Below, piece after piece: positions 29,226-39,691 of a stretch of DNA of 64,000 bases; the first letter of the stretch is position 1, and the number at the start of each line of letters is the position of its first letter. Location: positions 186,001-250,000 of the IMG/VR virus record IMGVR_UViG_3300020477_000990, one strand, 5' to 3'. The position numbers and the translations under genes are program-made. The notes below the pieces were generated by a model, which was given only the letters and a program-made list of their open reading frames with translations, made no database searches and was not told where the DNA came from.

Positions 29226-29253
29226 TTGACAAAACTAGCTAATTATGTATAAT
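29226..29253 (+). promoter_or_regulatory. sigma70-like early promoter
   Basis: TTGACA-16-TATAAT. Confidence 0.75.
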
Positions 29254-29270
29254 CATGTATATATAGCTAT

Positions 29271-30200
29271 ATGGAGAAGAAAAAATTGACAAATGAGGAT
29301 TTATTAGATATTCCTGAGTTTCTAAAGCGTCAAAGTAATGGCGATTCTGCCGAAACTGAAGTAAAACAGCCAGTTAAAGAAGAACCAAAGCCAGAAGTTG
29401 TCGAAGAAGTTAAAGAGCCAGAGAAGCCAAAAAAGCCTACGATTCAAGATCGTATGCAAAGACGATTTTTAACTATCATGGGTGATATACATGATGCATT
29501 TGAAGACGTATGGGATCGTAATGGTGATCCAATGAAGTTTAAAGCATATGATTATTTTGCTAAAGAAGAAATTCCTGGGGCTTTTATGAAAATGATTATA
29601 GCAGATGTTAATGAATGTTTAGATGAAGAACGTAAAGCACTTGATTGGAGAGCAATTCCAAAAAGTGAACGTACAGATATTCAAGAAGATTATGTTGAAA
29701 GTTTTGATTCATACACTAAAAAAGAAATGCAAACACATATTTCTTGGTGGGAAAGAATTATAAAAGACTGTGAAATATATAAAATTCAAAAATTAAAAGA
29801 ACGTAAGCCAAGAAGATTTAAAGCACCTAGTAAAGAAAAACTAGCTAAAAAAGTAAAATATAAAGAAAAAGATGATGATGCTAAATTAACATCAATAAAC
29901 CCAGTACTTATTATAGGAGCTCATGGATTAATAGTGTATAATAGCAAAACTAGAAAACTAGGGTTATATGAAGCAACACATAAACACCATGGATTAACAG
30001 TACGTGGTACTACAGTATTAAATTATGATAGTGAAACGTCAGTACAAAAAACACTCCGTAAGCCGGTTGAAGTATTAGAAAGAGTACATACAGGGGGAAT
30101 TCAAGCATTTAAAAATACACTTGAATCAGTTAAATCAACTGATGTGAAGCTTACAGGACGTTTAAATGCTGATACTGTACTTGTCCGTGTTTTTAACTAA
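29271..30200 (+). CDS. Hypothetical protein with N-terminal FtsZ-tail-like peptide
   Basis: aa 12-23 LDIPEFLKRQSN, P/E/K-rich linker, then globular 'YNSKTRKLG...KTLRKP' domain. Confidence 0.8.
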   Translation: MEKKKLTNEDLLDIPEFLKRQSNGDSAETEVKQPVKEEPKPEVVEEVKEPEKPKKPTIQDRMQRRFLTIMGDIHDAFEDVWDRNGDPMKFKAYDYFAKEEIPGAFMKMIIADVNECLDEERKALDWRAIPKSERTDIQEDYVESFDSYTKKEMQTHISWWERIIKDCEIYKIQKLKERKPRRFKAPSKEKLAKKVKYKEKDDDAKLTSINPVLIIGAHGLIVYNSKTRKLGLYEATHKHHGLTVRGTTVLNYDSETSVQKTLRKPVEVLERVHTGGIQAFKNTLESVKSTDVKLTGRLNADTVLVRVFN

Positions 30201-30230
30201 AACAATAAATACATATATAGGATATATAAA

Positions 30231-30980
30231 ATGGCTAAAGACAAAAGCAACAGATCAAAAATTATCGACGAACTTCGCAATATATTAGGTGATGGTATGG
30301 TTGATGTAGAGCTTGATCCCAAGCACTATGATACAGCATTAGATTTAGCAGTTGATAGATTTAGACAAAGATCATCAAATGCTAATGAAGAAGCAACATT
30401 ATTTTTAACTTTGCTTGAAGATATAAATGAGTATACATTACCTGGTGAAGTAATTGAAGTACGTGAAACATTTAGACGTGCTTTAGGATCTGATACACAA
30501 AGTGGTGTTGATGTAGATCCATTTGAATTAGCATATACCAACTTATATTTCTTACAAGCAGGTAGAATTGGTGGGTTAACTACTTGGGAAGCATTTAGTC
30601 AATATCAAGAAACTGTAGGTAGATTGTTTGGTAATAAACTTAATTTTACTTGGGATACTGTTACTAAAAAAATTACACTTGTTAGAAGGCCAAGAAATAC
30701 AGAAACTATTTTATTACAAGTTTATATGCTAAGAACTGATGAAACATTATTATCTGATCCTTATGCTAAACCATGGTTACGTGATTATGCATTGGCACAA
30801 TGTAAAATGATGTTAGGAGAGGCCAGAAGTAAGTTTGCATCATTACCTGGTGCACAAGGTGGTGTTAGCTTAAATGGTGCTGATCTTAAAGCAGAAGCAC
30901 AGGCTACAATGGATAGATTAGAAGAAGAAATTCAAAAATATTCAGATGGTGGCGATCCTATTACATTTTTAATTGGATAA
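30231..30980 (+). CDS. gp13: Neck protein gp13-like
   Basis: 'LG...VDVEL', 'WLRDYALAQCK..LG.AR.KF..LPG..GGV.LNG'; TAAATA at 30206. Confidence 0.85.
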   Translation: MAKDKSNRSKIIDELRNILGDGMVDVELDPKHYDTALDLAVDRFRQRSSNANEEATLFLTLLEDINEYTLPGEVIEVRETFRRALGSDTQSGVDVDPFELAYTNLYFLQAGRIGGLTTWEAFSQYQETVGRLFGNKLNFTWDTVTKKITLVRRPRNTETILLQVYMLRTDETLLSDPYAKPWLRDYALAQCKMMLGEARSKFASLPGAQGGVSLNGADLKAEAQATMDRLEEEIQKYSDGGDPITFLIG

Positions 30981-30986
30981 TTCCAA

Positions 30987-31015
30987 TTGACAAACTCATT
31001 ATAATATTATACTAT
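30987..31015 (+). promoter_or_regulatory. sigma70-like promoter, near-leaderless
   Basis: TTGACA-17-TACTAT-7-ATG. Confidence 0.6.
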
Positions 31016-31022
31016 ATTAACT

Positions 31023-31283
31023 ATGATTGAAGTTACTTTAGATATAGATAAAATTTCCAAACGAGATGAATATATAGGACAATCAACAGGTACTAGTGTT
31101 GAGGGCGGAGCTCTTAATGCCAACTATAGAGAAGTTGATGCAGTAGCCAGAGTAGCAAACTTTATGGGTATGGTAGGTTATAAGTATGAAAAAGATTGGC
31201 ATTGGGAAGATGCTGGTTGTGATGAATTAATACTTAAAGTAAAAGACGAAGAAATAGCTACACAATTAAAGTTAAGGTGGTAA
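31023..31283 (+). CDS. Hypothetical protein
   Basis: 86-aa ORF behind promoter, co-operonic with kinase. Confidence 0.6.
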   Translation: MIEVTLDIDKISKRDEYIGQSTGTSVEGGALNANYREVDAVARVANFMGMVGYKYEKDWHWEDAGCDELILKVKDEEIATQLKLRW

Positions 31284-31284
31284 T

Positions 31285-31953
31285 ATGATCGTTGGACTAG
31301 TAGGCTGGATAGGTAGTGGTAAAAATACAGTTGCTAATATACTAACAGAAAAGCATAGTTTTAATTCTGATTCATTTGCGGCACCATTAAAAGATGCAAC
31401 AGCACACATTTTTAATTGGCCTAGAGAAACATTAGAAGGTGATACAGATCGTAGTAGGCATTTTAGAGAATGCGTAGATTATTGGTGGCAATCAAAGTTA
31501 AATATTAAAAATTTTACACCAAGATTAGCATTACAAATAGTTGGTACAGAATTATTTAGAGAACACTTCCACCATGAAATTTGGTTAAACAGTTTAGAAA
31601 ATAGATACATATCAGCTGGTAAAAAACTTACAGTAGTTACAGATTGTAGATTTAGAAATGAAATACAATTTATTAAAAATTTAGGTGGATTTACAATACG
31701 TGTAAAACGTGGTCCAGATCCACATTGGACTACAATGGCAGAAGAAGCTCAACAAGGAGATGAGTTTGCTGAACAACAATTGGCTGATATTGGTATACAT
31801 AAATCCGAATGGGATCATACAGGAGCCCCTGTAGATTTTATTATAACTAATGATGGTACGTTAGAGCAGTTGCATGATAAGGTTAGTAGTGTAATAAAAG
31901 TATTAAGCAATATAACTAAAGTTAAAAGACAAAAGCAACGTGAAGTATTTTAA
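31285..31953 (+). CDS. gp1: Deoxynucleoside monophosphate kinase
   Basis: P-loop GWIGSGKNT, 'SFAAPLKD', 'PRLALQIVGTE', 'DCRFRNE'. Confidence 0.9.
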   Translation: MIVGLVGWIGSGKNTVANILTEKHSFNSDSFAAPLKDATAHIFNWPRETLEGDTDRSRHFRECVDYWWQSKLNIKNFTPRLALQIVGTELFREHFHHEIWLNSLENRYISAGKKLTVVTDCRFRNEIQFIKNLGGFTIRVKRGPDPHWTTMAEEAQQGDEFAEQQLADIGIHKSEWDHTGAPVDFIITNDGTLEQLHDKVSSVIKVLSNITKVKRQKQREVF

Positions 31954-32303
31954 TCTGGCATTAAATCACCTTGTCTCCATTTAAATTGATCAGTACTTAA
32001 TAAACGTTGACAATTAGCACATATAGTTTTTAGATTATCCCAGCTACTATTTTTTAAATTACCGTCAATATGAAACACATCCATTTGTGCAGAGTGTTTA
32101 GCTTTATACCCACACTTTTCACATATAGATTTTTTCTTATAGCCACTACTTTGCCAAGATGCAGTACCACCAATACCTTTACCTTTGCCTAGGCGTATAC
32201 ATTTATCACACATTTTTCTATAGTAAGTCTTATCACCTTTTTTATAATTAAAGGCGGCTGGTCTAGACTTACATTTAACACATAATTGACGTAATTCGTT
32301 CAT
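31950..32303 (-). CDS. Zinc-finger/HNH-like protein
   Basis: Four CxxC pairs; 'HIDG.L.N....NL.TIC.NC'; TAAATA-5-ATG at 32309-32314. Confidence 0.7.
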   Translation of the reverse strand: MNELRQLCVKCKSRPAAFNYKKGDKTYYRKMCDKCIRLGKGKGIGGTASWQSSGYKKKSICEKCGYKAKHSAQMDVFHIDGNLKNSSWDNLKTICANCQRLLSTDQFKWRQGDLMPD

Positions 32304-32444
32304 ACTACTATTTACTGCCCTTTTAAAGGGAATTTTATTGGTGTATAAACCCCTTGTTTTACACCTGGTTCGAATAAATATTACTAACAGAATACGGCAA
32401 ATTCAATACTTTATTGAAGCAAAAGAGTTTAAGGAGAGATTATT

Positions 32445-35438
32445 ATGCCAGATTTAGTTTCACCAGGTATATCAGTTTCCGTAACCGATGAATCGTTTTA
32501 CGCAGGCGCTGGTACAGGTACTATACCTTTATTTGTAGTTGCTACGGCTGAAAACAAAACAGACCCTAGTTCAACAAATGCAACGGCTATTGGTACTACA
32601 TCAGCAAATGTTGGTAAAGCATATTTGATTGGTTCACAGAGAGAATTGATATCTACCTTTGGTACACCAAATTTTTATTCAGCTGGAGCTACAATGCTAC
32701 CAGGTGATGAAAGAAATGAATACGGCTTATTAGCCGCATATAGTTATTTAGGAATTGCAAATAGAGCCTATGTAGTTAGAGCTGGAGTAGATCTAGCAGA
32801 ACTTACAGGTTCAACTTCAGTACCTACATCTAACCCAGCTAATGGAACATATTGGTTGGATACAGCATCTACTGATTGGGGAATTTACGAATCAGCTGGT
32901 GCAGACTCAACAAGTTGGTCAAAAGTTACACCAACAGTATTATTAGATACACCAAGTGCATCAGCAACTTCAAACGTTGGCGCAGACGGATACCCAAAAG
33001 CATCATACGGTGCAAATGACGACTATGTAGTTGTAGCTTCAACTACACCAGCTAGATTGTTTGAAAAACTTGCTGGAACTTGGTATCAAGTAGGCGGAAC
33101 TGACGGTGGTGCTGGTTCTTGGGCATCAGACAAAACAGGTTCAGTTGATACACACATACAACCAGGAACAGGCGTAGCACCAACGGCAGGTGCGGCAGGT
33201 TCAATTTGGTTGAAATCAACAGCAATTGGATCAGGCTCAAACGTAGTTGTTAAATATTGGACAGGTTCAACATCAACTTGGTCAACATTATCATCACCAT
33301 TACACGCAGATGATGACAATGCAATTGGTACAACAACAGCGGCAGGTAGCTTATATACATTGTTTGATGATGAAGATGACGCCGCTTGGGACAAAACAGA
33401 TATCGGTAATGCATCAGTAACACAAAAAGCAAACAATGCCACTCCAGAAATACAATGGACAATTAGAAAAAGAGCGGCAGGTACTGAAACTACGGTTACA
33501 GGTACAGCTGATATGGCAGATACTACAGCTTGGTATACAGCAGGTGGTTCTGATACTCACGTTAAAGTAAAAATTAACGGAGTAGAAGTAGAATGTGCTA
33601 CAGCAGGTGCGGCAGGTACAAGAGTTAAAATATCAGAAGTAGTTGCGGCAATTAACGGTAATGCTACATTGTCAGCGGCAAAAATTGTTGCATCAATTGA
33701 TGCATCTTCTGGAACAAAAGAATATTTAAAATTAACTAGAACAAATGGTAAAGCAATTTGGGTTGAAGATTCTTCAGCATCAGGGGCTAACAAAACTGGA
33801 ACTGTTACATCAGATCTAGGCTTTACAGACAATATGGGAACAGGTTCAGATTCATGGTACATGACGTCTTTATGGGCAGACTTATCATATGAAGCAAAAG
33901 CAACTGCACCAACATCATCGCCAACAGATGGTACATATTGGTACGATACTAACGTTACAGCAGACTTATATATTGCTGAAAACGATGGTGGTACAATGAA
34001 ATGGTTTGCTTATGCAAACAGTAAAAATACATTTACGGCAGGTTCAGTTGTTACTGGCGGCATCAAAGACTTGCAAATGGTATCTACAGAACCAACTAAA
34101 CAATCAGATGGTACTGCATTAGAAGACGGTGATATTTGGGTTGATTCAAATGAATTAGAAGCATATCCAACAATTTACAAATGGGGTTCTTCAAAATGGA
34201 ACGCAATAGATACTACAGACCAAAACTCAGCGGCAGGTATTGTTTTCGCAGATGCGGCTGGTAATCCAGCAGGCACAACAGACGCGGCAGTAGGTTGGGG
34301 AACAGCATACGCATCATTTGATGCAGATGCTCCAGATCCATCGGCTTATCCAGCAGGTATATTATTGTGGAATACTAGAACATCAGGTTATGCTACAAGA
34401 AAATACAATACTTCATATACTGCACCTAACGGTACGGCTATGGGAGCTACTTGGACTAACGCGGCAGGCCTTAAAGCAGATGGTTCACCATTCATGGGTA
34501 GAAAATCACAAAGAAAAGTTGTAGTAACAGCTCTTCAAAGTGCATTTAGCTCAAATGATGAAATCAGAGCTGAATCAAGAAACTTTAACTTGATTGCTTG
34601 TCCTGGATACGCAGAAACATATGATGAAATGATTGCTCTAAATACAGCGAAAAAAGAAACAGCATTTATTGTTGTTGACGCTCCGTTTAGATTAAAAACT
34701 CCATCAGAAGTTTCTAACTGGATGAATAATACAGCTAACTCAACTGAAAACGGTGAAGACGGTTTAGTATCAGCATCAACATATTCAGGTGTTTACTATC
34801 CATCAGCACTTACAACTGATTTAGCAGGTAACAATGTTGTTGTTCCAGCTTCACACGTAGCATTAAGAACAATTGCTTACAATGACCAAGCGGCATTCCA
34901 ATGGTTTGCTCCAGCTGGTTACCAAAGAGGTTCAGTAACTAACGCAACTTCAGTAGGTTATATTGATTCAAGCACAGGTGAATATAATTCAGTTGTTTTA
35001 AGTTCAGGATCTAGAGATACACTTTATACAGCTAAAGTTAATCCAATTGCTTATATGCCAAATAGAGGTTTAGTAGTGTTTGGTCAAAAAACATTACACT
35101 CTACAGCATCAGCACTTGATAGAATTAACGTAGCTAGATTAATTTGTTACTTAAGATATCAATTTGATAACTTGGCTAAACCATTCTTATTTGAATTAAA
35201 TGACAGAATGACAAGAGATCAAGTAACTGATACTTTCGAAAGATTCTTAGCTGATTTATCGGCAAAGAGAGCATTATATGACTTCTTAGTTGTTTGTGAT
35301 GAAACGAATAATACAGGTACACGTATTGATGCAAATCAATTATGGGTAGATGTAGCAATTCAACCAGCAAAAGCGGCTGAATTTATTTACATTCCAATCA
35401 GAATAAAGAACACAGGTGAGTCTTTAAGCTACAGTTAA
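32445..35438 (+). CDS. gp18: Tail sheath protein (long, with inserted domains)
   Basis: 'LVSPGISVSVTDES', 'WFAPAGYQRG', 'RDTLY..KVNPI', 'GQKT...ALDRINVARL'; TAAATA at 32375. Confidence 0.95.
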   Translation: MPDLVSPGISVSVTDESFYAGAGTGTIPLFVVATAENKTDPSSTNATAIGTTSANVGKAYLIGSQRELISTFGTPNFYSAGATMLPGDERNEYGLLAAYSYLGIANRAYVVRAGVDLAELTGSTSVPTSNPANGTYWLDTASTDWGIYESAGADSTSWSKVTPTVLLDTPSASATSNVGADGYPKASYGANDDYVVVASTTPARLFEKLAGTWYQVGGTDGGAGSWASDKTGSVDTHIQPGTGVAPTAGAAGSIWLKSTAIGSGSNVVVKYWTGSTSTWSTLSSPLHADDDNAIGTTTAAGSLYTLFDDEDDAAWDKTDIGNASVTQKANNATPEIQWTIRKRAAGTETTVTGTADMADTTAWYTAGGSDTHVKVKINGVEVECATAGAAGTRVKISEVVAAINGNATLSAAKIVASIDASSGTKEYLKLTRTNGKAIWVEDSSASGANKTGTVTSDLGFTDNMGTGSDSWYMTSLWADLSYEAKATAPTSSPTDGTYWYDTNVTADLYIAENDGGTMKWFAYANSKNTFTAGSVVTGGIKDLQMVSTEPTKQSDGTALEDGDIWVDSNELEAYPTIYKWGSSKWNAIDTTDQNSAAGIVFADAAGNPAGTTDAAVGWGTAYASFDADAPDPSAYPAGILLWNTRTSGYATRKYNTSYTAPNGTAMGATWTNAAGLKADGSPFMGRKSQRKVVVTALQSAFSSNDEIRAESRNFNLIACPGYAETYDEMIALNTAKKETAFIVVDAPFRLKTPSEVSNWMNNTANSTENGEDGLVSASTYSGVYYPSALTTDLAGNNVVVPASHVALRTIAYNDQAAFQWFAPAGYQRGSVTNATSVGYIDSSTGEYNSVVLSSGSRDTLYTAKVNPIAYMPNRGLVVFGQKTLHSTASALDRINVARLICYLRYQFDNLAKPFLFELNDRMTRDQVTDTFERFLADLSAKRALYDFLVVCDETNNTGTRIDANQLWVDVAIQPAKAAEFIYIPIRIKNTGESLSYS

Positions 35439-35454
35439 TAGTTAAAATACATAG

Positions 35455-35490
35455 AAAAGGCTACTATAGAGATATAGTAGCCTTTTTTTT
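35455..35490 (+). terminator. Rho-independent terminator after sheath
   Basis: AAAAGGCTACTATA-GAGA-TATAGTAGCCTTTT plus T-tract. Confidence 0.9.
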
Positions 35491-35576
35491 ACCCTTTAAC
35501 TTCAAACTTTTTCCTAAATTTTCCTATATTAGCATAAATACTAGTAATACAAATTAGTTTGTAAGGAGAGATTACA

Positions 35577-36179
35577 ATGGCTACATTAAATAAATTTGGC
35601 GTACCAATAGACGGTTCTACAGGTAGAGGTGGTATTTTACAACCTAAACTTAAATATCGTTTTAGAGTACGTTTTACAGGTTTTGGTAACCTTGGTGCTA
35701 ATCCTATTGATTTAACTCAACAAGTGATGAACATTACAAGACCAAAAGTAACACACGAAGAAGTACCTGTTCACGTGTATAACTCAGTAGCATACCTAAT
35801 GGGTAAACATACATGGGAACCAATCACAATTACTTTACGTGATGACATCAATAACAGTATTTCAAGATTAACTGGTCAACAAGTTCAAAAGCAAATGAAC
35901 CACTTTGAACAAACTGGTCCAATTAGTGGTGGACAATATAAGTTCACTTCAAAAGTTGAAATATTAGATGGTACTAACGATGCTGAATTAGAGCAATGGA
36001 ATCTAGAAGGTTGTTTCCTACAGAACGTTGACTATTCAGATGGTGACTATGCAGTTTCTGAACCTGTACAAGTTATTATGACCATGAGATATGATAATGC
36101 TACACACTTTGGTGCGGGTGGTAATGAAATATTCCCACAATTCCCATTAACGTTTCCTGGCAATTCATCGATTGGTTAA
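35577..36179 (+). CDS. gp19: Tail tube protein
   Basis: Follows sheath; 'KHTWEPITITLRDD', 'W.LEGCF...VDYSD.DY'; TAAATA at 35535. Confidence 0.88.
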   Translation: MATLNKFGVPIDGSTGRGGILQPKLKYRFRVRFTGFGNLGANPIDLTQQVMNITRPKVTHEEVPVHVYNSVAYLMGKHTWEPITITLRDDINNSISRLTGQQVQKQMNHFEQTGPISGGQYKFTSKVEILDGTNDAELEQWNLEGCFLQNVDYSDGDYAVSEPVQVIMTMRYDNATHFGAGGNEIFPQFPLTFPGNSSIG

Positions 36180-36211
36180 TAGTATAACTTTAGTATAGGG
36201 AGAGATTAGCA

Positions 36212-37903
36212 ATGCCAGAGATTACACCGGAACACGCGAAGTTGCTTCATGCAAAATATAGTAAAAGCACAAATACAACTTCGCAGTTTCCTAATCCACA
36301 TTCAGATGACTATCAGAAGTATGTAAATCCAAACGAGGAAACTACTAGCTCTTCGGCTAAAGTACAAAAGACAGAAGCCAAAGAAGCTCAAGTCCAAGAA
36401 CCTGGTGCAGAGTCTAATTTTAGAACCGGTAATAATAGACGTCAGTCTGATTCATTTGATCCAAATCTTAGAGGTCCATCGAGAGCCCAAGAACAATTTA
36501 GTTTGCGACAATCGCCAACTGGTTTTATGGATGGTGTACCAAGGCAGAAATTTCAATATGTTGCAACACTTAGATTTGCAAATGATGATACGTTTGAGCA
36601 AGTATTTAAAACAGCAATTGATTCTCAAGTAGAAACAAATAGTGGACCAGATCAATATACTGGCCCAGATGCCGCTTGGTATGATCCAAACACAGAAGCA
36701 TTTAAAAATGGTTTAAAAATTATACGTCAAAATGTTATTAGAAATTTAAGAAAAGATTTAATTTGGAATATTAAAAATATAGATGGCCCAAAAGTAAATT
36801 TACAATTAGATGTTTTAAATCAATACAATAGAAAAAGAAATGTTTATAGAACTAGACAATACGATCCAATTAATGTAACATTTTATGATACAATGAATAG
36901 TACTGCATTAAATTTATGGAGATACTTGTATGAGTATTATGCAGTAGATGGAAGAAATAAAAGTAAATTATATAATAGTACTAGTGGTAAACATGGAAAA
37001 AGATCTCCGTATGGAAATACAACATTAGCAACAAGTGAACAGTTTACTGAAGAACATAATTATGGTTTGTCAAATAGCTTTACAAATGATGATTACTTAA
37101 TTAAAAGTTTAGATTTATTTTTAATTCATGGACAAAAATATACACTAATAAGATTTGTTCATCCTAAAATTACAGGAATGGATCATGATATATTTACATA
37201 TGAAGCTTCAGCACCTGTTGAGTTAAGAATGCAATTTGCATATGAAACAGTTTTATATGAAACAGTAAATCATCCATTTGAAGATGGAAAAGATATGAAT
37301 GTTGATTTAAAAGATTTATTTAGAACAGTAATGATGCCAGACACACCAACAGTTGATACTAGAGCAGGTTCAACAGGTGGTGGAGAAGGATCACTTAAAG
37401 ATGATTCATACTTAACAAAAATGACAGGAGATATGAATCTTCAAGATACATTAAAAGCAAAATCACCTGGTAGTGGAACAAATTATATGACAGCTAATCA
37501 AAGAGGTGACGCTAATATTATTAATAAAAAATCAAATGGAGTATTAACTAGTATATTAGGTGGGTCACCAATTAGTGATGCAATTAGTAAAGTTTCAGAA
37601 GAAGTTTATAATATAACAAAAGGTGCAGTTTCAAGTTTTGGTAATGCTATAGGAACTTCAGGAAATTCTTTTACTAATAGTACTGCAAGTATTGATAAAT
37701 TATATAGTGATGATATGTATGCTTCTTTTGGCGGCAAAGAAAATTATGAAGCGGCACAAAAGAAAGCATTAGAAAAAGCAAATTCAGGTGGCTGGGGTTG
37801 GCAGAAAAAAGATAAAAATAATAGAGTAGTTAAAAACAATGATGGTAATCCTACTAGACATGATAAGAAAAAAATTAATAATAATAAAGGGATTTGGACA
37901 TAA
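36212..37903 (+). CDS. Tube-like baseplate protein (gp48/gp54-like) with long extensions
   Basis: 'NQYNRKR....R.YDPINVTFYD', 'P.I....HD...Y......E..M.F.YE' tube-fold pattern. Confidence 0.6.
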   Translation: MPEITPEHAKLLHAKYSKSTNTTSQFPNPHSDDYQKYVNPNEETTSSSAKVQKTEAKEAQVQEPGAESNFRTGNNRRQSDSFDPNLRGPSRAQEQFSLRQSPTGFMDGVPRQKFQYVATLRFANDDTFEQVFKTAIDSQVETNSGPDQYTGPDAAWYDPNTEAFKNGLKIIRQNVIRNLRKDLIWNIKNIDGPKVNLQLDVLNQYNRKRNVYRTRQYDPINVTFYDTMNSTALNLWRYLYEYYAVDGRNKSKLYNSTSGKHGKRSPYGNTTLATSEQFTEEHNYGLSNSFTNDDYLIKSLDLFLIHGQKYTLIRFVHPKITGMDHDIFTYEASAPVELRMQFAYETVLYETVNHPFEDGKDMNVDLKDLFRTVMMPDTPTVDTRAGSTGGGEGSLKDDSYLTKMTGDMNLQDTLKAKSPGSGTNYMTANQRGDANIINKKSNGVLTSILGGSPISDAISKVSEEVYNITKGAVSSFGNAIGTSGNSFTNSTASIDKLYSDDMYASFGGKENYEAAQKKALEKANSGGWGWQKKDKNNRVVKNNDGNPTRHDKKKINNNKGIWT

Positions 37904-38343
37904 TGGCACAAGATAGTACAAGTATAGTTAGTAAAGTAGGAGCAGAGTCTAAAGTTACTACATTATTTGGTAATATTGTTAATTCATTAAGTAATAGTGC
38001 TGGCGGTATTCCTGCAGGAGATGTTACAACAAGAATATTAAATCAATATGGTGGCGAGTTAAGACAAATAAGCCCTGCAAAATATGATTACATATATGGT
38101 ATATTTCAAAAAGAAACTGAATCTGAACAATTAGCAAAAGCATATACTTTATTAACAATAGATTCTGTTAAAACTTTAGGTATTACTGTTGATGAATTAT
38201 TTAAGAGTATAGAAAATCCAATTGAGTTTACTAATTTAGGATTAACATTATTAAATCATTATAGACCATTAACAAGCCAAGTAGGTAAAACAGTAACAGT
38301 TTCACAATCTCCTGATCATGTATCAAGAATGATATCATACTAA
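37894..38343 (+). CDS. Hypothetical virion-associated protein
   Basis: 149-aa ORF in tail operon. Confidence 0.55.
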   Translation: MDIMAQDSTSIVSKVGAESKVTTLFGNIVNSLSNSAGGIPAGDVTTRILNQYGGELRQISPAKYDYIYGIFQKETESEQLAKAYTLLTIDSVKTLGITVDELFKSIENPIEFTNLGLTLLNHYRPLTSQVGKTVTVSQSPDHVSRMISY

Positions 38344-38362
38344 CATCTCAATAAATACTAAT

Positions 38363-39616
38363 ATGACAACAAATGTAAACTGGCAGATTAATAATTCTGT
38401 GCATATTCATCCTGACAAATTAGTAAAAATTCAGTTTGAGCCAACGAGTTATTGTAATTTAAGATGTCCAGGATGTTCAAGAACTGATGAGTATACAGGG
38501 TTAGCAAAAAAAGATGTAATAAAATATCAACAACATATTCCAATGTCATTAATTAAGCCTATATTTTCTAATTTACCAAATTTAAAAGAAGTTAAAATGG
38601 ATGGTGATATAGGAGATGCAATGATGCATCCACATCTAGATAAAATTTGTGAAATGCTTATAGAAATGTATCCTAACATTTATATTCAAATTAATACTAA
38701 TGGAACTCCTGGGAAAGATAGTGTTTTTACAAAATTGTTAAGAATGAAAAATGTTATGTTTGTTTTAGGAATAGATGGATTAGAAGATACAAACCATTTA
38801 CATCGTGTAGGAGCAAACTGGAAAATAATTAAAAGGCGTCTTAAGTTAATTAAAAACATTGCTCCAGATCGTCATAAATGGAGATGGCTTGATTTTAAAC
38901 ATACTAGGCATCAGTTAGATGAAGCATTAGAGGTAGCAAAGTATTATCGAATAAGAAATCTTGAAGTTGGTGTACCTTATTCAGGGTCTGATGGAATGAT
39001 GCAAGAAGTTATAAAAGAAAGACAAGAAGGTATAAGAGACAGTAAAGGTCGAAAAGAAAAGAAAGAAGAAAAATTTACACCAGAACCTTATGAATTACCC
39101 AACATACACCAACACATAATAGAAGAAAAATTATTAAAAAAAGATGAATTGTTTAGTTGTCCATGGCAGGGTGCAAAGTTAATACAAGTTATGAGTACTG
39201 GTCAAATCTGGCCTTGCTGTTGGTCATCACAAATGCAAATAAGTACAATGAAATTTACAGCTGATGAAATAGTTAGTGAATATTATTTAGAAGATAATAT
39301 GAGGTATTTGCAGGTAGCTATGACTGATTGGTATAGTAAAATAAGTACTAATTGGGTAAAAGAAATAACAGTTACACCTAGTTATACTTTACGTGATGTA
39401 TTATTAGGAAAGTCATACAGAAAATTAGCAATGCTTTTAAAACCACAAAAAGAAAAGTATAATTTAAGTTATTGTAATATAACGTGTGGGAAATTTACCG
39501 AAGTGGAGAGGAATTCATCTAAAGGAGATAATTTATCTTCTGGGGTTGGTATAGCTCTTAAAAAGCAAATTTTAATTGACCCTTCAGGTCCAATTAATAT
39601 ACATAAAGGTTCGTAA
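38363..39616 (+). CDS. Radical SAM protein with SPASM/twitch-like C-terminus
   Basis: CNLRCPGC (CxxxCxxC), 'INTNG', 'GIDG', 'CPW...G.IWPCC...C..TC'; TAAATA-5-ATG at 38352. Confidence 0.88.
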   Translation: MTTNVNWQINNSVHIHPDKLVKIQFEPTSYCNLRCPGCSRTDEYTGLAKKDVIKYQQHIPMSLIKPIFSNLPNLKEVKMDGDIGDAMMHPHLDKICEMLIEMYPNIYIQINTNGTPGKDSVFTKLLRMKNVMFVLGIDGLEDTNHLHRVGANWKIIKRRLKLIKNIAPDRHKWRWLDFKHTRHQLDEALEVAKYYRIRNLEVGVPYSGSDGMMQEVIKERQEGIRDSKGRKEKKEEKFTPEPYELPNIHQHIIEEKLLKKDELFSCPWQGAKLIQVMSTGQIWPCCWSSQMQISTMKFTADEIVSEYYLEDNMRYLQVAMTDWYSKISTNWVKEITVTPSYTLRDVLLGKSYRKLAMLLKPQKEKYNLSYCNITCGKFTEVERNSSKGDNLSSGVGIALKKQILIDPSGPINIHKGS

Positions 39617-39691
39617 ATAGTGTATATATTGGTGTCTGTGTCCTATTTTAAGGTAGGCTACAATAAGGTTTAGAGGTTAAATAGTAGTGTT

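Noticed and set aside
31950-32303. Mobile homing HNH endonuclease
   Set aside because: The final metal-binding His appears to be Gln (CANCQ), it has its own late promoter, and it is not inserted in a gene; kept only as HNH-like.
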